64,000 nt of DNA. It comes from an uncultured Acidimicrobiia bacterium. GTDB taxonomy: Bacteria; Actinomycetota; Acidimicrobiia; Spongiisociales; UBA5794. The stretch spans positions 167,325-231,324 of the forward strand of contig CAVPHV010000017.1 of assembly GCA_963704825.1 (NCBI GenBank). Reading direction: 5' to 3'. Below the pieces are notes generated by a model. That model was not told the origin of the DNA and did not search any database. It saw nothing but the letters and a program-made list of their open reading frames with translations. Made by a program: the position numbers and the translations under genes. This document shows positions 57,784 to 64,000 of the stretch, piece by piece. Within the stretch, counting starts at the first letter, position 1; each line of letters begins with the position of its first letter.

Positions 57784-58577
57784 GCGAGCTGATGTTCCAG
57801 GGCGCCGATTTGAGCTTCGAGATCGCCGAGTTCGGCCTCGATCTCCGCTGCCGATTGATCGGTGGGTGGGCGAGTCAGTTGACCCTGCACGGCTCCGTAG
57901 CGATTTGAAGCGTCGCGGAATTCTGCGGCGAGCTGAGGACGGCCATCGAGCTGGACCTTGGTCGACAAGTCGAGGATGGGATCCGACAGGGCATCGGCTC
58001 GGGTCTTGAGTTGGGACCAATGGCTGCCCAGAGCGCGTTCTCTCCGGCTTGCCGCGGCGCGTTGTTCAAAATGGCGACCGCCGAGTCCGACGATCAGCAA
58101 CACGGCGGCAATCCCGGCGAGGATGAGCCCCCAATTGGTTGAGGAGGTTTCGGTCAGGGCTGCGTCAACAAAGGCATCGACACCGTCGGCGATCGATGGG
58201 CCGGAGAGCTGGTCATCGGCTGCGGCCAAGGCCGAGTCCATCTCGCCCTGCGAGAGGGCATCGCTCGATGCTCCGTACGCAACCGGGGTGAAGACGAGGA
58301 CCGTACCGGCGACGAGGTCGTTGACCTGGGCGGCGAAGGCGACGGCGTCGACGGCCGGGTCGGCCAGCACGACGACGCGGAGTCCGAGCCCATTGGCTGC
58401 GGCTCGGTCGATGGAGGCGATGACCCGGTCGACGTCGAGGGCGCCGGCTCCGGGCTCGACGTAGAGCCCGTCCGAGAGCCCGGTGGCGGCCTCTTCCGGC
58501 GTCGCGGCGAGGGCCGTCGGTGCGAGCAACGATGCGAGCGCAACAGCCAGCAGCAGCGCTGCAGTGATGTGTCGCAT
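57780..58577 (-). CDS. Hypothetical secreted/membrane protein (signal peptide, ~130-aa extracytoplasmic domain, one TM, coiled-coil tail)
   Basis: Signal peptide MRHITAALLLAVALASLLAPTALA, TM WGLILAGIAAVLLIVGLGG, C-terminal AEIEAELGDLEAQIGALEHQL. Possibly TPM-like; not assignable. Confidence 0.5.
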   Translation of the reverse strand: MRHITAALLLAVALASLLAPTALAATPEEAATGLSDGLYVEPGAGALDVDRVIASIDRAAANGLGLRVVVLADPAVDAVAFAAQVNDLVAGTVLVFTPVAYGASSDALSQGEMDSALAAADDQLSGPSIADGVDAFVDAALTETSSTNWGLILAGIAAVLLIVGLGGRHFEQRAAASRRERALGSHWSQLKTRADALSDPILDLSTKVQLDGRPQLAAEFRDASNRYGAVQGQLTRPPTDQSAAEIEAELGDLEAQIGALEHQLA

Positions 58578-58656
58578 GGTTCAAGCCGTCCGTGAGCCGA
58601 TTCAAGATGCTACAACGGTCGTGGCAGCGGCCACGAGCCGCCGGCTGGGACGGGGG

Positions 58657-59427
58657 ATGTTGGTGCAGCAACGCAGAGTGACCGGGCCGGATGGCACACG
58701 GTGGATCGTGGGGCGGCGCTGGTTGGTGTCTCGGCCGCGTTATTTGGGGTTTCGGTTTGGGGTGGATCGCAGGGTTCCACAGTACGAACCCCCGCATTCC
58801 GGCGATGTGCCCGCACCGCGGGTGGTGCGGCGCCCGGCGCCGACTCGTCCGCCGACGCCCCCCATCGTTCACTACCGCGACAAGGGTCCCAAGCCCCGGG
58901 GCGGTTGGTGGTTCGGCGGTTCGGGCAGGTCCGGTGGCAGAGGGTTCGGCCGGGTTGGACCCGGTGGTGGCCGGAGCAGCGGTGGCGGTGGCCGATCCGG
59001 CGCATCGGGCGGGGGCGGCCGGGGCAAGTCGTCGGGCGGGGGCAAGCGCGGTGGCGGCGGCGGTGGCGGCGCCATCGGTGGCGCCGCGGCAGCCTTGCTG
59101 AAGATCCTCAAGTACGTGCTCATTGTGATCCTGGTCATCGCGGTAGCTCTGTTCGTGATCTTCGTGCTCGTGCCCACCGTCTTGTTCTTGCTCCACTACG
59201 CGGTCTTCTCCCTCGTCGTTGGAGCCACCATCGCGCTGCGGATGCTCACCGGGAGACCGTGGATCATCGAACTGGAGGAAGCCGATGGCTATCGGGTGAA
59301 GGCGTGGCGGATCAAAGGCTGGCAGGAGAGCAAGCGAGTCATCGACGAGGTGGCCGAAGCCGTTCGTCGTGGCGATCGTGCCGAGCCCGCCGGTGCCGAG
59401 TCGGTTGAGATCGTCAACGCACCGTGA
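58657..59427 (+). CDS. Hypothetical membrane protein with Gly/Arg/Ser-rich low-complexity region
   Basis: Start MLVQQRRVTGPDGTRWIVGRRW. A 60-aa G/R/S tract (GGRGFGRVGPGGGRSSGGGGRSG...) precedes two TM helices and a 60-aa C-terminal domain. Confidence 0.5.
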   Translation: MLVQQRRVTGPDGTRWIVGRRWLVSRPRYLGFRFGVDRRVPQYEPPHSGDVPAPRVVRRPAPTRPPTPPIVHYRDKGPKPRGGWWFGGSGRSGGRGFGRVGPGGGRSSGGGGRSGASGGGGRGKSSGGGKRGGGGGGGAIGGAAAALLKILKYVLIVILVIAVALFVIFVLVPTVLFLLHYAVFSLVVGATIALRMLTGRPWIIELEEADGYRVKAWRIKGWQESKRVIDEVAEAVRRGDRAEPAGAESVEIVNAP

Positions 59428-59491
59428 GCGCGTTCGTAACCACGACGCCGGCGCGCCAGAATCAAGGCCAATCACGATCGCGAACGTACGA

Positions 59492-60766
59492 ATGGGGACC
59501 GACCAACTGATGGATCACATCCTTTACCTCGAATGCATGGTCTGCGGCAAGCAGTACGACGTCGCCGATGTCGAATACGTGTGTCCCGACCACGGCCTTG
59601 ACGGCGTCCTCGATGTCATCTACGACTACGACCGGATCGGGGCAAGTTTCCCCCGCCAGCATCTCGCCGCAGACTTCGACCACAACATGTGGCGCTATCG
59701 GCCGCTGCTGCCGATCGAGGCGCACGCCGCAGTGCCGCGCCTGCACGTTGGGTGGACGCCGATGTGGCGGGTGTCGGAGGCCGGCGACCCCTATGGGCTC
59801 CACGACCTGTGGGTCAAGGATGACAGTCGGAATCCAACCGGTTCACTGAAGGACCGCGCCAGCGCCATGGCGATCGCCAAGGCGAAGGAGTCCGGGGCCG
59901 CCGTGGTCACCACGGCCAGTACCGGAAACGCCGCTGCGGCGTTGGCGGGCTTGGCCGCCGCCGAGAGAATGCCGGTCGTGATCTTCGTTCCCCGCAGCGC
60001 GCCGGAGGCCAAGATTGCGCAGCTCCTCGCCTACGGGGCCCGGGTGTTCCTGGTCGATGGCACCTATGACGATGCGTTCTCATTGTGTGTCGAAGCTTCG
60101 GACCGTTTTGGCTGGTACAACCGCAATACCGGATACAACCCCTACATGAGCGAAGGGAAGAAGACCGCAGCGTTCGAGATCGCCGAGCAGCTCAACTGGG
60201 AGGTACCCGACGCCGTGATCGTCAGCGTCGGGGACGGATGCATCATCGGAGGGCTCTACAAGGGGTTCCACGATCTGAATGCCCTGGGATGGATCGACAA
60301 GATGCCGCGCCTGATTGGGGTGCAGGCCAGCGGTTCCAACTTCCTCGGAGACGCCTGGGAGCGCGGTGAGGACGTGTTGACCAAGGCACCGATCGCCGCT
60401 TCGAGCGTGGCAGACAGCATCGTGGCCGGCCTCCCGGCGGATCGTCTCAAGGCAATGCGGGCGGTGAAGTTCACCGAAGGCGGCTTTGTCGAGGTCTCCG
60501 ACGACGAGATTCTCGCGGCCATTCCCGCGATGGCTCGTCAGACCGGTGTGTTCGCCGAGCCTGCGGCGGCGGCGGCCTACGCCGGGTTGGTCGGCGCCAT
60601 CGCCGAGGACCTGTTGGCGCCCGAGGACCGGGTCGTCATCCTGAGCACCGGAACCGGTCTGAAGGATGCCCCTGCCGCGATGCGCGGCGTGGCGTCCGTC
60701 GGTATCGAGGGCACGGTGATCGAACCAACGCTCGATGCGGTCGAGCGGGCGATGGCCGACGAATAG
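59492..60766 (+). CDS. thrC: Threonine synthase (with N-terminal Cys-ribbon)
   Basis: PLP lysine motif NPTGSLKDRAS; Zn-ribbon-like CMVCGK...CPDHG at the N-terminus. ATG 59492. Confidence 0.85.
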   Translation: MGTDQLMDHILYLECMVCGKQYDVADVEYVCPDHGLDGVLDVIYDYDRIGASFPRQHLAADFDHNMWRYRPLLPIEAHAAVPRLHVGWTPMWRVSEAGDPYGLHDLWVKDDSRNPTGSLKDRASAMAIAKAKESGAAVVTTASTGNAAAALAGLAAAERMPVVIFVPRSAPEAKIAQLLAYGARVFLVDGTYDDAFSLCVEASDRFGWYNRNTGYNPYMSEGKKTAAFEIAEQLNWEVPDAVIVSVGDGCIIGGLYKGFHDLNALGWIDKMPRLIGVQASGSNFLGDAWERGEDVLTKAPIAASSVADSIVAGLPADRLKAMRAVKFTEGGFVEVSDDEILAAIPAMARQTGVFAEPAAAAAYAGLVGAIAEDLLAPEDRVVILSTGTGLKDAPAAMRGVASVGIEGTVIEPTLDAVERAMADE

Positions 60767-60776
60767 GGACCGGCAC

Positions 60777-62222
60777 CTACCCCTCATCCAGCGGGATGGC
60801 GATGGTGTAGCAGGGCTCGGCGAAGCTGTAGTTGGCGGCGACGTCGGATACCTCGAATGGTTGGATCAGCTCGTAGGGGGCGACCGCCCCTTCGGCGAAG
60901 TTTGCATTCAGCCCACCTTGTTCATCGAAGGCTTCTTTGTTGGGCCGGTAGAGCGCCGTCTCCCTGGTCACGGCGTCGTTGATGTTGTTGGCGAAGACGG
61001 TTGCTGGGCTGATGCCGCCGAACTCCAGGCCGTCAAGATCGGCGCGAGCCGCCAGCAGGCCCTCGGGGGTCAGGTCACCCAACTCGGCGGCGCGGTCGAG
61101 GATCTGCTTGGTTGCTGCGAACTCGATGTAGCCCTCGATCAAACCGTCGCTGGGATAACGGTCGGGGAAAGCGTCGGCCAAGACGGCGTAGACCTCGGAC
61201 ATGCCGCCGACGTCGGCGCCAATGGGGGCGAAGAGCATGGAAAGCCTCCAGTTGTCCGTCAGATAGTTGCCGAGGTCGCTGGCGAGCAGCCAGGGGCTGA
61301 ACGATGGCATGGCGCCCGACCAGGCGCCGGCGTATTCCTCGGCAAGGGCGGCCGTCACGATTTCGGCCGTTGAGTTCGGGTTGGTGGCGAGCCAGGTCCA
61401 GTCGACTCCAATCCCGGCGATCTCGGTTCCGACGGCACTCATGTCGCGGGTGGGGTCGATGGTCCCGCCGCCGTCGAGGCGGATCTCGAGTCCGAGTTCC
61501 TCGGCGAGGATCCGGGCACCCGCCGCGGAGTCCTCTCCGTACTCGCTGCCGTCGGTGGCGATCGCCAGAATCGGCGGCAACCCGGTCTCCAATTCATGAG
61601 CGGCCGCGATGGCACTCAACCCGTTGATCGCCTCGATGCAGTAGTTGCTGCCGGTCGCGATCACGTTGGCGCCAAGATTGGGGTCGGCCCAGCCCGAATA
61701 CCAACCGGCGGCAACGGCGAGCCGATCGTCGGCTACGAGGTCAGCGGCAATGGCGGCGGTGTTTTGCGACCCGCTGGAATGCGAGAAGAACACCACACGA
61801 TCCTTGAGGTCTTCGTAGGAGGCTTGGTAGCGGCCGGGGTCAAGGCCGGTGTCCGCGATGAGGAGCTCGACCCGGCGCCCGGAAATCCCGCCGGATTCGT
61901 TCAGATCGCTCCAAAAGACGAGCTGGGCATCGACCACGTCGACATCGTTGCCCGAGAGGGGACCGCTGAGGTCGGCGAGAAGACCGAGGTAGATGGTGTC
62001 GGCGGTAACGGTGATTCCGTCAACCCGAATGCCGTCCTCGACGGTGGGGCTGGTCGTGGTGGTTGTGATGGCAGGGGCGCTGGTCGTCGTTGTGGTCGTC
62101 GTCGTCGCCGCTGTGGTGGTGGAGGTCGTGCTCGCCGGGTCCGACCCGCCCGACCCGTTGCAGGCTGCGGTGACGAAGGCGAGCACGATCAGCAAGCTCA
62201 CACCTCGCAACCGCGGGCTCAC
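60777..62222 (-). CDS. ABC transporter substrate-binding lipoprotein (type-1 PBP, branched-chain amino-acid-like)
   Basis: Lipobox LAFVTAACNG, a Thr-rich linker, then a Leu/Ile/Val-binding-protein-like fold. Overlaps the upstream gene by 4 nt. Confidence 0.82.
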   Translation of the reverse strand: MSPRLRGVSLLIVLAFVTAACNGSGGSDPASTTSTTTAATTTTTTTTSAPAITTTTTSPTVEDGIRVDGITVTADTIYLGLLADLSGPLSGNDVDVVDAQLVFWSDLNESGGISGRRVELLIADTGLDPGRYQASYEDLKDRVVFFSHSSGSQNTAAIAADLVADDRLAVAAGWYSGWADPNLGANVIATGSNYCIEAINGLSAIAAAHELETGLPPILAIATDGSEYGEDSAAGARILAEELGLEIRLDGGGTIDPTRDMSAVGTEIAGIGVDWTWLATNPNSTAEIVTAALAEEYAGAWSGAMPSFSPWLLASDLGNYLTDNWRLSMLFAPIGADVGGMSEVYAVLADAFPDRYPSDGLIEGYIEFAATKQILDRAAELGDLTPEGLLAARADLDGLEFGGISPATVFANNINDAVTRETALYRPNKEAFDEQGGLNANFAEGAVAPYELIQPFEVSDVAANYSFAEPCYTIAIPLDEG

Positions 62223-63841
62223 GGGGCGACCTCAAACGTGATACTGCTGCTGTTTTCGGACCCGGCCACAGCCATCAGTCTGGCTGTCGGGATGTCCCGG
62301 CCAACCAAGAACAAGACGACGGCGTCGGCCCGCGCTCGGGCCAGCGCTTCGTCGGTTTCGGGGTCACCGGCCGGATCGGTGTTGCCGGTGACGATGACGG
62401 TCAAGCCGAGGTTGTCGGCGATGAGTACGGCCGCCTGATCGAGCGTGGCTTCGTCTTCGGGCGTGAGTTCGGCGCTGCCGGTGGCGAAGACGATCGGCGA
62501 GGCCTCGACCAGAGCGTCGAGTTCACGGCGCAGCGTCCCCTGTTCGCCGCGCACCTGAAGACGGGTCCGTACCGAATCGATCCCGTTGACGGCCAACAAC
62601 GCTTCACGCAACGGAGCGGTGTACCCGAAGTATCCGCCGTCGAGTCCGTCGAGCGGGACCACTCCGGTGATGGTCGCCGTACCGTCGATGACGGTGACTC
62701 CGAGATGGCCGAACCCGGCGTCGTCCCGTGCTTTCTCCGCAGCTGCCGGCACTTCGGCCGGATCCGGCGGCAGGGGCGGTTCGACGACGAGGCGGTTGTC
62801 AACCGCGCTCACGCCTGAAACGGAGCCGACGGCCGCGGCTGCCGCAGACTTTGCCTCATCAGACTCAACGGACCCGGTGAGTATCGCGGCCCCATCATCA
62901 ACCGTCACCGTGACCGCGGTGAGACCGCCGTCGATCAGGGCTTGGGCAGCTGCAGTCTCCGTGGCCGCAGTCTGCGGGGTGTCCCCGGTCTCGCCCAGTT
63001 CGCCCGATGAGGTGGTGGGCGCGACCTGTTCGCTCCTCGTTTCGAGCGGAGCGGTGCTTTGGTTGTTGAGCGCCCACCATCGCCCAACGACAAAGGCGAT
63101 CGCAGCAAGGACAGCAACAACCACTACCCGAACCACGATTTTTCGCTTGGGATGCTTTTCGGCGACCGGTCGCATGCGACTTCGCAGTTGGGCCCCGAGC
63201 GTCTGAGGATCGGAGAGGTCGTCGCTTGCGGCTACTGATTGGCCGGGACTGGGGCGGGTGCGCGGTCCCCGCACGGGTTCGGTCGGTGGCGCGGTTTCGT
63301 CCCATGTGTCGAGGTCGGTGTCGTCGGCGATGTGCTCTTCGTCCGTAGCGCGCGTGGCGGGCACCGGCTGGGCCGTCGCGGTGTCGGTGGCTTCCTGTGA
63401 GGCCGCAGCCTCGTCGGGAGCAGCTGCCGGCGATGCTTCTGCCCCGGGTTCGGTAGGTTCTGTCGGCAGCTCAGGTCTTGGCTGCGGCTCTGGATCGACC
63501 ATCGGCAGTGGCGGGGCGTGGGCTTCGCTCGTCTCTGCCGATCCGGCTGCGACGTCGGGGGTGGCGGTGTCCGTCGCTTCAGTGACAACCGGGGCCGCCT
63601 CGGGGGTGGGTTGGTCGGTGTCGACCGCCGCAGGAGGAGACGCAGCCTCAGGTTCGTCGTGTGCCTCCTGTTCGGTGAGCAGCGAATGGGTGCGTTCGAG
63701 CGACTCTTGTGTGGCGGCCTCGATGCGCGAAGCAAGTTCGTCGAAGCGGGCGCGAAGCGACTCTAGGTAGTCAGATGGCGCGTCGTCGCCTGCCTCCCCG
63801 TCGGTGTGGGTGCTGTCGGGGTCCCCGACGTGCTCCTCCAT
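62219..63841 (-). CDS. OmpA-family protein with BON domain (ArfA/OmpATb-like), acidic proline-rich N-terminal region
   Basis: C-terminal OmpA-like domain (FATGSAELTPEDEATLDQAAVLIADNLGLTVIVTGNTD...ARARADAV), a BON-like segment and one TM. Start at MEEHVGDPD (63841). Confidence 0.8.
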   Translation of the reverse strand: MEEHVGDPDSTHTDGEAGDDAPSDYLESLRARFDELASRIEAATQESLERTHSLLTEQEAHDEPEAASPPAAVDTDQPTPEAAPVVTEATDTATPDVAAGSAETSEAHAPPLPMVDPEPQPRPELPTEPTEPGAEASPAAAPDEAAASQEATDTATAQPVPATRATDEEHIADDTDLDTWDETAPPTEPVRGPRTRPSPGQSVAASDDLSDPQTLGAQLRSRMRPVAEKHPKRKIVVRVVVVAVLAAIAFVVGRWWALNNQSTAPLETRSEQVAPTTSSGELGETGDTPQTAATETAAAQALIDGGLTAVTVTVDDGAAILTGSVESDEAKSAAAAAVGSVSGVSAVDNRLVVEPPLPPDPAEVPAAAEKARDDAGFGHLGVTVIDGTATITGVVPLDGLDGGYFGYTAPLREALLAVNGIDSVRTRLQVRGEQGTLRRELDALVEASPIVFATGSAELTPEDEATLDQAAVLIADNLGLTVIVTGNTDPAGDPETDEALARARADAVVLFLVGRDIPTARLMAVAGSENSSSITFEVAP

Positions 63842-64000
63842 GCGTTGTCCCTTCGCCGCGCCGCACGTGCGCGTCATCGTAGGCTCAAGGATCGGCACGA
63901 GATTAGGGCACCTTGAGATTGCCCGCTGCCGGCTCAGCGGTCGTAGTCGCCGGCCCACAGGTGGCGGAACTCGTCGCTGGTCTCCAGCAGCGTGACCACG

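Noticed and set aside
1-64000. Mobile elements / prophage
   Set aside because: No transposase, integrase, recombinase, phage structural genes or terminal inverted repeats were recognisable. The two repeat arrays are tandem minisatellites, not IS ends.

Overview
High-GC actinobacterial chromosomal segment; WhiB, Bpa/PafE, a PIG-L/MshB-like deacetylase and the amtB-glnK-glnD trio all point to Actinobacteria. About 55 protein genes, densely packed on both strands. I found no rRNA, tRNA, CRISPR array, transposase or integrase. Most of the window is housekeeping or transport: ammonium uptake with P-II and GlnD, pheA, PPDK, PolX, NhaA, a P-type ATPase, thrC, a fused 2-oxoacid dehydrogenase E1, a Pat-like GNAT-acyl-CoA-synthetase, a DEAD-box helicase and an acyl-CoA dehydrogenase.

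Observations I think deserve a second look:
- A translationally coupled four-gene cassette at 13422..16980: a beta-class SPPY DNA methyltransferase with an unassigned 190-aa C-terminal domain, a 107-aa acidic protein, a 353-aa protein carrying a PD-x9-SxK nuclease-like motif, and a 6-TM membrane protein. This is my best candidate for an undescribed R-M-like or defence module.
- Two perfect tandem-repeat arrays in intergenic DNA: 5.4 copies of a 65-bp unit directly upstream of the PIG-L deacetylase gene, and 5 copies of a 19-bp unit built around the palindrome CTCCGCGGAG.
- glnD lies convergent to amtB-glnK and has no ATG/GTG/TTG start upstream of its conserved nucleotidyltransferase motif.
- asnA is split by a +1 frameshift at a G-run.
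- A DosRS-like redox cluster: GAF sensor kinase, LuxR-family regulator, CBS-BON protein and WhiB.
- Bpa ends in GLYL rather than the described GQYL.

Gene starts in this GC-rich DNA are often uncertain. The ORF track frequently over-extends N-termini, and I trimmed these using RBS position and homology memory.
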